Source: Devosia sp.
GTDB taxonomy: Bacteria > Pseudomonadota > Alphaproteobacteria > Rhizobiales > Devosiaceae
NCBI RefSeq assembly: GCF_028290435.1
Contig: NZ_JAQGJV010000020.1
Location: 848 to 64,847, forward strand
DNA length: 64,000 nucleotides
Direction of reading: 5' to 3'
Part shown: one piece after another, positions 52,225 through 60,589 of the stretch
How positions within the stretch are numbered: position 1 is the first letter of the stretch
How the letters are laid out: every line of letters begins with the position of its first letter
Notes under the pieces: generated by a model
Database searches by the model: none
Told to the model about the DNA's origin: nothing
What the model saw: the letters and a program-made list of their open reading frames with translations, nothing else
Position numbers and translations under genes: made by a program

Positions 52225-52403
52225 TGTGCAGAGACACTTGATCTCGGAGTGGGCGGGAACGAGTGAAAAGAGGCGGGAAAGGGTGGAAAGGCTTGGTGGC
52301 GTGGGGTTTTGGCCGGGCGGTGGTGGTCGGTTGGCATCGGCGGCCTGGGACTCTTGAATTTGGAGCGGCGGAGGCAAGGGGACACTTCGATCTGGAGTGG
52401 GCC
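52225..52403 (+). repeat. Candidate Mu-like left end with two transposase-binding repeats
   Basis: TG at 52225, then GACACTT-GATCTCGGAGTGGGCG (52233-52255) and GACACTTCGATCT-GGAGTGGGCC (52381-52403). Confidence 0.6.
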
Positions 52404-52676
52404 GATTTGTGCGGGCGGGCTTCAAGGGCGCCGTGAAGTGGCTTTGAGGCCCCGATTTCCTGAAGTTTACGGGGCGGGCATGATGGAGTCGAGGGGTTGG
52501 TGACTGCCACCCGACGCAACACCGGCGCCGGACGCCGACAACGCGATTATGCTGACGGGGCAAAAGGGACCGCGATGCCGGCAATCGGGGCGTTTGCGGC
52601 GCGCTGACGGTCCGGCGAGGCAAGCGGGGCGAGTTGCAAGATGCGCGTCTAATTGGCTCCAGACTTAGACGGGTTT

Positions 52677-53162
52677 TTAGAGCTGTTTGGCGATCTGGGT
52701 GCTGAGCCAGCTTGTATAGGTCAGCCCATCCACCGCCACGGTGCTGTCGTTGACGCCGGAGGCGTCGCCCTGGTCGGCTAGGTAGGTGCACTGTGCGTAG
52801 CTACGCAGCGGCACGCCGAAGCCATTATCGGCGTCATAGGTCAAATTGACAGTGAACAGGCGGGGCCGCACCGTGCCCGCGCCGATCTCCTGAACATAGA
52901 ATTCGATTATGCTGGCGCTTCGGTTGCCCTGGGCTTTGGCGAGGGTGGCCCATTGATCGGCAGTGAGCGGCGTTGCAGTCTCGGCGAGGTCAATGCGGGC
53001 ATAGGTCGAGGGGGCCGCCAGTCGCTGCTTCAGGCTGCCCTCGCACGCCTTGAGCATAGCAGAATCGAACAGGTTCGAGATTCCGCCCCCCATGACCAGG
53101 GCTGTCGTTGCGGCCAATGCACCGGCGACGATGACGCCGGCCGCTACATACGCTCGCTTCAT
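52677..53162 (-). CDS. Hypothetical exported/membrane-anchored phage accessory protein (161 aa)
   Basis: Own RBS and ATG (MKRAYV), N-terminal hydrophobic helix, two Cys; intact. Confidence 0.7.
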   Translation of the reverse strand: MKRAYVAAGVIVAGALAATTALVMGGGISNLFDSAMLKACEGSLKQRLAAPSTYARIDLAETATPLTADQWATLAKAQGNRSASIIEFYVQEIGAGTVRPRLFTVNLTYDADNGFGVPLRSYAQCTYLADQGDASGVNDSTVAVDGLTYTSWLSTQIAKQL

Positions 53163-53176
53163 CGCAAATCCCCCGA

Positions 53177-53892
53177 TCAATGCTTTTGCGCAGACCAGAC
53201 GATGCGGTGCAAGGGGGGTGGGTTTTTGGCAGGCACGGGAAAGCGCCAGTTCGTATCGGCATCGGCCGCCAGCTCTAGGCGATTGTCTGGCGTGCGATAG
53301 AGCCGGCGCGGCAGTAGCTTCGTCGCCGATCTCCGCCAGATAGACGCCGGAGCGCAATGGCTGACCTGGGCGGATATCGAGGATGACTGAAGCGCCTTTG
53401 GGCAGAAGCGGGCCCATCCCGCCGTCATCGAGCGTGGCGTAACGGGCAGTGCTTTCGCTCAAGCCGAACAGATTGGATAGCCAGACGGCGCTGACGGCGA
53501 TGTCGGAGGGCACCCAGCGCTCGATGCTCGTGCCGGCCTGGTGGACGAGCTGCGGGCGCAAAGGCAGCAGTTGCACGAAGCCGGCAGCGGGTGTCGACAT
53601 GGGTCCGGCCTCGCCCAAACCCTGCCGCCAGCCCAAAGCCTCAATATCCGGGCGCTGCTGGTAGCCGGTGGCAACCCAGTCAAGTAACCTTGGCTTCGAT
53701 GGCGATGGGCAGGATGCCGTCTACCGGGAGACGAGCACCCTCCTTACGCCAGTTGTTGACGGTGTCGGGGCTGACTTTGGCCAGTTTTGCCGCCTTGGCG
53801 AGTCCACCGACCATCTCAACGAGCATGGCCACGCGCTCGTGCTGGGGCACGGAAAAACCGGGAATGCCAAGGGATTTCTGGAGGTCAGCCAG
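53177..53892 (-). pseudogene. CI-like repressor (HTH + S24-like domain) with two frameshifts
   Basis: Reconstructed LADLQKSL..HERVAMLV..VNNWRKEG..KVT/LDWVATG..GMGPLLPKGASVILD..GDE/LLPRRLYR..WSAQKH; shifts near 53683 and 53318. Confidence 0.75.
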
Positions 53893-53919
53893 GGTTGGTC
53901 TCCGTATGTGCGCAGACAG

Positions 53920-53957
53920 CCGATAAAATCGGTTGATAGATGCCGAGCAAATCAGTT
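53920..53957. promoter_or_regulatory. Tandem operator-like sites between the divergent HTH genes
   Basis: Palindrome CCGAT-AAA-ATCGG(TT) and related CCGAGCAAATCAG(TT) 23 bp downstream. Confidence 0.55.
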
Positions 53958-53999
53958 ATCGTCACGTAAATACTCGTCACTTTGACCGAAGGGGCGGTT

Positions 54000-54341
54000 A
54001 TGTCAGCTCCTGCCTTGTCGCATTCCGGGCATTCAAAAGTCGAGTCAAAAGCCGCGTCCGGATTAGACGCGCCGAGCGCTGTTGCGCTGGAGCGTCATGA
54101 ACGAGTGGCGTTGGTGGTGCGACTGCTCGGTGGCACCGGCCGCGCGGCAAAAATCGCCAAGGTCAGCCGTTCCACCATCGATAATTGGCGCAAGGAAGGC
54201 GTGAGCCAGCCGATCGACGGACTGCTCACGCTCGCTGTCGCTGCCGGCATCTCGCTGGACTGGCTGGCCGGTAGTGACCGCCAGATCGATCGCCAATTTG
54301 AGGCCGGGCTCGGTGAGTTCGGCCAGAGGGGCGGCAACTGA
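54000..54341 (+). CDS. Cro/Ner-like HTH protein, intact
   Basis: AAKIAKVSRSTIDNWRKEG..ISLDWL; divergent from the repressor; RBS GAAGGGG. Confidence 0.8.
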   Translation: MSAPALSHSGHSKVESKAASGLDAPSAVALERHERVALVVRLLGGTGRAAKIAKVSRSTIDNWRKEGVSQPIDGLLTLAVAAGISLDWLAGSDRQIDRQFEAGLGEFGQRGGN

Positions 54342-54776
54342 TGCTCGACGCGTCCCTACTCGACATGCTGGACGGGGGCGATGCCTCGGCGCTGGTCGAG
54401 ACCATTGCCAGCGCGCTGAGCCAAGGCTTGCCCCGAAAGTGCCGACGTCATCGCGGCAAAGATCGCCGAAACCACAGGGATCAGGCTCTCGGGTCACACC
54501 CTTTACACCTATACCGCACCCTCCAAATCCGACCGGCAGATCAGCCTGATCGAGTTCGTCGCCTTCGTCCGCGTGACCGGGGCCCTGTGGCTGTGGGATT
54601 TGCTGGTCGAGGACGATGGCCTAGTCGTGCTGCAGGGTGCCGAAGCCAAGCTGGCCCAGCTCGGCCATTTGCGCGAGCAGCGCAGGCGCCTTGATGACGA
54701 TCTGCGCGGGCTGGAACGCGAGCTGCGCGAGGACCCGGTGCATGTCTCCAAGCGCCGCCCCGGGAGCCATCCATGA
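54341..54776 (+). pseudogene. Mu-like early regulatory ORF, frameshifted
   Basis: MLDASLL..ALS/KACPESADVIAAKI..LYTYTAPSKSDRQISL..; one shift near 54421 restores an ORF ending at the TGA that overlaps the transposase start. Confidence 0.65.
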
Positions 54777-56140
54777 TGGCCTGGTTGACGGCCGCCGAAA
54801 TCGTGGAAGCGAGACTGCCCGGCCTGCCAGGCGACAAGGGCGCCCTCTCGCGGCTGGTGGCTCGTGATGGCTGGCGGGATAGTCCGTTCGCCCGTGAAGG
54901 CGAGCGCGGTTGGGAATACCATGCCAAACTGCTGCCGGCCGAAGCCCAGGCGGCTCTGGCGGTGCGATCCGCCAAGGCCGCGATGCCGGGCCTGCAGGTT
55001 GTGGCGGCCGAGCGGTCCGATAGCGCCTGGGCGCTGTTTGAAGCCCTGCCGGAAAAGACCAAAAGCGAAGCGCGCGTGCGCCTTTCGGTGCTGGACCAGG
55101 TTGGCCAGCTCAAGGCGGGTGGCATGAAAGCCGGAGATGCCGTGGCGCTGGTCGCACGGCGCGCCGAGGTGTCGCCCTCAACCCTGTGGGGTTGGTGCAA
55201 GCTGGTTGACGTCGTGCCGCGGGCCCATTGGCTGGCGGCGCTGGCGCCGCGCCACAAGGGGCGAACGGCCACGGTCGAATGCGACCCACGCGCCTGGGAT
55301 TTCCTTGTCGCCGATTATTTGCGCGCCGAGCAGCCCAGCTTCAATGCCTGCCTGCGCCGGATGATGGAAGCCGCGGCCGAGCATGGCTGGGCCCCGATCC
55401 CGGCTTCAAAGACCCTGCAACGCCGGCTCGAAAAGACCATACCGGCAGCTGTTCGCACCCTGGCACGCAATGGCCGCGAGGCCGCCGCGCGGCTCTATCC
55501 GCATCAAAGCCGCGATCGGTCGGGATTTGCCGCAATGGAAGCGGTCAATGCCGATGGTCACATGTTCGACGTGTTCTGCCGCTTCGAGGACGGCACGATC
55601 GGCCGCCCGACGATGGTGGGCGTACAGGACTTGGCGAGCGGCCTGATCCTGGGCTGGCGCGTGGGCGAAACCGAAAACTGGACCGCGGTGCGCCTGGCTT
55701 TTGCCGATGTCGTCACCCGGTTCGGCATTCCCCAGCAATGCTGGCTGGACAACGGTCGCGCCTTTGCCAGCAAGTGGCTCACAGGCGGCATGAAGACCCG
55801 GTATCGCTTCACCGTGCGCGATGACGAGCCCTCCGGCATCCTGACCGAATTGGGCATCAAGGTGCATTGGACCACGCCCTATCATGGGCAGGCCAAGCCG
55901 ATCGAGCGCGCCTGGCGCGACCTGTGCGAGGAGATCGCCCGCCACCCCGAATGCGCCGGCGCCTATACGGGCAACAATATCGACGCCAAGCCCGAAAATT
56001 ACGGCTCAAGGGCCATCCCGATCGACCAATTCCGCGCCTTGGTGCATCGGGAAATCGTGCGCCACAATGCGCGGCCGGGGCGGACGGGCGGGGTCTGTAA
56101 CGGCCGCAGTTTCGCGCAGACCTTTGCCGACAGCTACGCG
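54773..56140 (+). pseudogene. Mu-type transposase A, C-terminally truncated
   Basis: N-terminal WLTAAEI..LPGLP, DDE motifs NADGH, LDNGRAF and KPIERAW; similarity stops after RSFAQTFADSYA. Confidence 0.85.
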
Positions 56141-56510
56141 GGTGGCCTGGGCGCGACCCATGCCAGCCAGCCACGAATGGTACCGGGTCAATTCCGTGCC
56201 CTATGTCGAGGCTTTTGCCGATCGCACCATCCTGCTGCCGCGCGACGAAGACGTGCTGCGCGATCACCAGGCGCTGGCCTATGTCGGCGGCGTCATCAAG
56301 GTGCCCGACGATTTCCGCTTCAAAGGCGCCGATGGGCTTGATCGCCATGGCGATACGGCCATCGCCGGACTGCTGCTGTGGTTCGCCAGCCTGCAGGGCG
56401 CCATGGAATACGACTATCGCGGCGCCGGCGAGGCCACCCGGCCGGCCGAGGGGCGCATGACGGAGCGGCCCTATCATGCCGACGACTATGCCCGCAGCGA
56501 TGACTATCGA
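56141..56510 (+). pseudogene. C-terminal fragment of Mu gp28-like large terminase
   Basis: EWYRVNSVPYVEAFADRTILLPRDEDVLRDH..DRHGDTAIAG in another frame; boundaries approximate. Confidence 0.7.
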
Positions 56511-56898
56511 GCGGGCCGATTGGCACAGCAACCTGATCTGGCGGATGGAAGTGTTCGGCGCCAGGGCCGCCGGAAGGTGGGAACAGGGGCAGCGGCTGCA
56601 GCGGGCGCGGCCGGGCGTGCAGTATTATTTCCGGTACCTGACGGCCGGCGATCATCGCGTGCGCGAGAGCCACGCCGAATGGCATGGCGTGATCCTGCCG
56701 GTCGATAACCCCTGGTGGCTGACCCACTGGCCGCCGAACGGGTTCAATTGCCGGTGTGAGCCGCAGATCGTCAGCGGGCGGGATCTGGTGCGGTATGGGT
56801 GGGTTGTGACGAAGGATGACGATCCCCGGCTGGCGATCGCGCCGGACGAAGGCTTTTCGGGCAATGCGGGAGCGGTGTGGGAACAGCTGCGGCGCTGA
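56510..56898 (+). pseudogene. C-terminal fragment of MuF (gp30) head morphogenesis protein
   Basis: AAGRWEQ, YLTAGDHRVRESHAEWHG, PPNGFNCRC. Confidence 0.85.
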
Positions 56899-56953
56899 CT
56901 TTGCTTTGCAGTTGACTGATGCTAGCTCCTGCAGACGAGAGAGGATGGCGATT

Positions 56954-57742
56954 ATGACCGAGAACGAATGGCCCGACGAAGAAGAAGCTCCGGTCGAGGC
57001 GCTATTCGGGCCAGGTGATCTGGCTCAGGCTCTGATGGGATTAAAGATGCTTGGAGACGACATGTACCTGTCGATGCAGGCAAATAACATCGGCGCCATC
57101 GACAACTTTCTCAATGCCATTGAGACCCAGGTCTTGCGCGAACTCATCGAGGGGGACGGCACGCCGGCTTCAGCCTTCTTTTTGCAGGCACAAACCCAAA
57201 TGTGGATTTTTGCGCTTTACGAGCTTCTTCGGACTTGGCGTGAGCGAGCAGACAATATGATCAAATGGCGCGACAATCTTGTCTTGGATCAAATGATCGA
57301 TAAGTACCGACAGCCGCTCAGCTACAAGCATTACGGACGCGAGAGGTTCGCGGCGCAGCTTCAGGAACTCAAGGATGATCCTCGTGTGGTGTTGGCGCTC
57401 AGAAACGACCTGCTGAAAACTGAGCGCCCATTCCGGTGGATGGAACTGTTAAGAATGTCCCTGGCTAAGCATGAGGTTGCAAAGGTGAAAGGCTCCATTG
57501 CCTTCGCTCCAGGCTACGGAAGAATAAATCATGAGAATGGCTCGATGCAGTACGAAATCTCTACTGACTTTGCCGTTTTCGACACCTTGAGCCGGCGACA
57601 GATAGCCAATTCTTTTCGATCTCTGCCAAGCATGGTCGTCCCCACGAAGGCCGAAGCAGCAGAGTTTCGTCAATTGTTGAAGGAAATGCAGGCCTTGGAA
57701 GACCCATTCTCATCGCCATCGCCTCTTGGTGGGGACTTCTAG
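56954..57742 (+). CDS. Hypothetical alpha-helical protein, candidate HEPN-type RNase
   Basis: Intact ORF with RBS and lower GC; WIFALYELLR and R-x5-H (RMSLAKH, 57452-57472). The family call is inference. Confidence 0.55.
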   Translation: MTENEWPDEEEAPVEALFGPGDLAQALMGLKMLGDDMYLSMQANNIGAIDNFLNAIETQVLRELIEGDGTPASAFFLQAQTQMWIFALYELLRTWRERADNMIKWRDNLVLDQMIDKYRQPLSYKHYGRERFAAQLQELKDDPRVVLALRNDLLKTERPFRWMELLRMSLAKHEVAKVKGSIAFAPGYGRINHENGSMQYEISTDFAVFDTLSRRQIANSFRSLPSMVVPTKAEAAEFRQLLKEMQALEDPFSSPSPLGGDF

Positions 57743-57838
57743 TTATTTCAGCCGTCTGAAGGCGTTACGACCGTTACGTGGCTAGATATTGCGCGGCTCT
57801 TTGCTAAGCTGGCGAACGGAACATTGTAAGGGTGCGGA

Positions 57839-59440
57839 ATGAGTTTTGAGTTTGGGGTGCCTACACCCAATGGGGAGACCAAGTTCTCTGTTGAGCCCGG
57901 CTCATCGCTACTGTTCGTGGGTGCAAATGGCGGGGGAAAGACAAGGCTTGCCGTTCATATTGAGGACAGCCTGCTGGCACGGGCCCACCGAATATCCGCG
58001 CATCGTTCGCTAACTCTGAACCCAAGTATCAATAAGATCAGTCAGGAAAAAGCCACACGCGGACTAGCCTACGGGAATGTCGACTACGAAGTAAGCCAAC
58101 GAAAAGGGAGCAGGTGGAGAAGTCAGGCGGCCACCATATTGCTGAATGACTACGACTTTTTGGTTCAACTTCTGTTTGCAGAGCAATCCAACATTGCACT
58201 TGAAACACACAAAAACGTCCACGCCCAAAATCACGCGCCGCTAAAGCGTACCAAATTCCAGGCGCTCTTGGATATCTGGTCGCGTATTCTGCCGCACCGG
58301 CATTTGGAGGTGAGCGGAGACGACATCAAAGTGAGCGTCGCAAGTGGGGCCCCGCAATATCCTGCTAACGACATGAGCGACGGTGAGCGCGCGATTTTCT
58401 ACCTCATAGGTCAGACGCTAGCGGCTGCGCCGGACAGTCTTCTAATATTTGACGAGCCGGAACTGCACATTCATCGCTCCATCATGTCTCGTTTGTGGGA
58501 CGAACTGGAGGCAGCACGGCCCGATTGTGCGCTAGTGTTCATTTCTCATGATCTGGAGTTCGTCGCGTCGCGTGAGGGCGAGAAATGGGTCTTGCGGGAC
58601 TATGATCCCACCAACGGCTGGGCCCTGGAAAAGGTACCCGAAGACACGGGGTTCAGCGAGCAGCTGGCTACCCTAATTCTGGGCAGTCGCAGGCCAATTC
58701 TGTTTGTCGAGGGCGTCGGGACCAGCCTGGATAGAGCCATCTACCGCGCGTGTTATCCCACGTGGACCGTGGTACCTCGCGGATCATGCGAGGAGGTGAT
58801 CCACGCTGTGGTGACTATGCGCGCGAATCCATCCCTAACGCGAGTTACTTGCTCGGGCATCGTCGATGCCGATGCATATAGCGCAGGCGAGATCGCCTTT
58901 TTCAAGGGGAAGGGCATCGAGGTTTTGCCGGTTTCCGAAATCGAGAACTTGTTCCTCTTACCTTCTGTTGTCAGGGCAATTGCAGAAGATAATGGTTATA
59001 CGGGTGGGCCCTTGAACGCCAAAGCGCAGGCGGTTCTGGACGAACTTTTTGCTCAGGCTGGCTTGCCCGGCAACTATGAACCCATTGTCTTGCGATACTG
59101 CCGACGCCGCATCGACCGGGTGCTGAAAAATATCGATCTCAGCAAGGCGGCGGATGTGGCGGCGCTAGCTGCCGACTATACCACCAAGACCGCTTCCCTC
59201 GACATCAATGCACTGGCGGAGGAGGTCCGCAATGCGATAACGGCAGCTGTCGCCGCCAAGGATGCCCCCACCTTGCTGGCCTGGTACGACAACAAGGGGT
59301 TGATGGCGATAGCCTGCAAGGCCAAGGACACCAGCATGAACTTGTTCGAGAGCTGGATCGTGCGCGCCTTGCGGAATGGAAACGCACCCAAGATGGCTGC
59401 AGCGATCGCGGCAGTACTGCCGGTCGTTACGCCCATCTAG
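57839..59440 (+). CDS. ABC-type ATPase-TOPRIM fusion (OLD/DUF4435-like), probable anti-phage nuclease
   Basis: Walker A GANGGGKT, MSDGE signature, LIFDEPE, ISHD; TOPRIM FVEG, VDAD and EIEN. Confidence 0.8.
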   Translation: MSFEFGVPTPNGETKFSVEPGSSLLFVGANGGGKTRLAVHIEDSLLARAHRISAHRSLTLNPSINKISQEKATRGLAYGNVDYEVSQRKGSRWRSQAATILLNDYDFLVQLLFAEQSNIALETHKNVHAQNHAPLKRTKFQALLDIWSRILPHRHLEVSGDDIKVSVASGAPQYPANDMSDGERAIFYLIGQTLAAAPDSLLIFDEPELHIHRSIMSRLWDELEAARPDCALVFISHDLEFVASREGEKWVLRDYDPTNGWALEKVPEDTGFSEQLATLILGSRRPILFVEGVGTSLDRAIYRACYPTWTVVPRGSCEEVIHAVVTMRANPSLTRVTCSGIVDADAYSAGEIAFFKGKGIEVLPVSEIENLFLLPSVVRAIAEDNGYTGGPLNAKAQAVLDELFAQAGLPGNYEPIVLRYCRRRIDRVLKNIDLSKAADVAALAADYTTKTASLDINALAEEVRNAITAAVAAKDAPTLLAWYDNKGLMAIACKAKDTSMNLFESWIVRALRNGNAPKMAAAIAAVLPVVTPI

Positions 59441-59454
59441 GCTCAAACGTGACT

Positions 59455-59469
59455 GTTCTCACTTCGTTC
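59455..59469 (+). promoter_or_regulatory. Alphaproteobacterial LexA (SOS) box
   Basis: GTTC-tcacttc-GTTC about 40 bp upstream of umuD. Confidence 0.8.
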
Positions 59470-59509
59470 CCGATGCTATGAGTCGGTCCCTCTGATGATG
59501 AGGGACCGC

Positions 59510-59956
59510 ATGCCGATCGTCTTCCCAGCCCTGGCTGTCCCGGTAACGGTCGCTATCCTGACCTCGGTGAAAATTCCCCTGGTTGGCCAACTCGTGCACG
59601 CGGGCTTTCCCAGCCCGGCCGACGACTTCATCGAAGACATGATCGACCTCAACGAGGTGCTGGTGCAAAACCCGGCCGCCACCTACCTGTGGAAGGTGGT
59701 GGGCGACTGCATGATCGACGTGAAGATATTCCCCGGCGATGTCGTCGTCGTGGACCGTAGTCTCACCCCCAAGCATCGCAGCATTGTGCTGGCGGTCATT
59801 GATGGCGAGGCGACGCTGAAGCGCATCAACCGCCGCGGCGGGGTGATGGTGCTGCACAACGAGAACACCAGGCTGCCGGTGTTTATGATCGCCGAGGGGA
59901 CGGAGGTTTCAATCTGGGGTGTCGTTACCGCCACGATCCGCGACCTCAAGAAATGA
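59510..59956 (+). CDS. umuD: UmuD-like S24 protein
   Basis: HAGFPSPADD cleavage motif, GDCM, ATLKRI; ATGA overlap with umuC. Confidence 0.85.
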   Translation: MPIVFPALAVPVTVAILTSVKIPLVGQLVHAGFPSPADDFIEDMIDLNEVLVQNPAATYLWKVVGDCMIDVKIFPGDVVVVDRSLTPKHRSIVLAVIDGEATLKRINRRGGVMVLHNENTRLPVFMIAEGTEVSIWGVVTATIRDLKK

Positions 59957-60546
59957 GCGCCTTGGCGCTGATCGACGGCAATTCGTTTTACTGCTCCTGC
60001 GAGCGGGTGTTCGACGCCAAACTGGAGACCCGTTCCTTCGGGCAGCGGGTCACGTCTAAGGTAGAGATGGAGCAGGCGGTCGCCAGCTATGCGACGCGCC
60101 TGGGCGAAAAGCTGCGCCGGCATGGTCTCGCCACCGATCACGTGACGGTCTTCATGCATACCAGCCAGTTCGATGACGACGAGCCGCAGCGCAATGTGTC
60201 CATGACGGTCGATATTCCCGAGGCGACCAATGACACGCTGCAGCTGATCAAATCGGCTCGTCGAGCCGTCGACCAGCTTTGGCGGTCGGGCTTTCGCTAT
60301 TCCAAGGCTGGCATCATCACGCAGGACCTGGTGGCGCCGCCGATCCCCCAGCTCGCGCTGTTTGATGGGCTGAACCATGAGCGCGCGGCAAGAGTGATGG
60401 CGGCAATGGATGCGGCCAATGCGCGGTTCGGCCGCGGCACGGTGGTGCCGGCCGCGATCGGGACGAAGGTCAAATGGGCGACGAAGTTTGAGATGCGGTC
60501 GCCAAGATATACGACCAGGTGGGATGAGTTACCGAAGGTCATATAA
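59953..60546 (+). pseudogene. umuC: UmuC-like Y-family polymerase with in-frame deletion of the catalytic core
   Basis: IDGNSFYCSCERVF joined directly to TRSFG (little finger); QLALF and SPRYTTRW tail present; only 197 aa. Confidence 0.85.
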
Positions 60547-60560
60547 GGGGTGGGAAGCAG

Positions 60561-60589
60561 AACGACCGCTTTGGGGTGATCGACCGACC
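60561..60589 (+). repeat. Short repeat, copy A (AACGACCGC..GGGGT)
   Basis: AACGACCGCTTTGGGGTGATCGACCGACC; related to the copies at 61334-61392. Confidence 0.5.

Larger units (their letters stand above)
52225..56898. mobile_element. Degenerate Mu-like (transposable) prophage remnant
   Basis: Mu gene order: end, repressor (leftward), cro-like gene, early ORF, DDE transposase A, then terminase and MuF fragments. Right boundary not identified; cargo may extend past the window. Confidence 0.8.

Noticed and set aside
52677-53636. 319-aa ORF as one fused protein
   Set aside because: A frameshift near 53318 runs the repressor frame into a separate gene that has its own RBS and ATG at 53162.
56141-56341. 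Tail of ORF 54773..56341 as the transposase C-terminal domain
   Set aside because: It is out-of-frame read-through of terminase DNA after the deletion junction.
56476-57742. MuF polymorphic toxin plus immunity gene
   Set aside because: MuF stops right after its core domain with no toxin extension, and its 5' part is missing.
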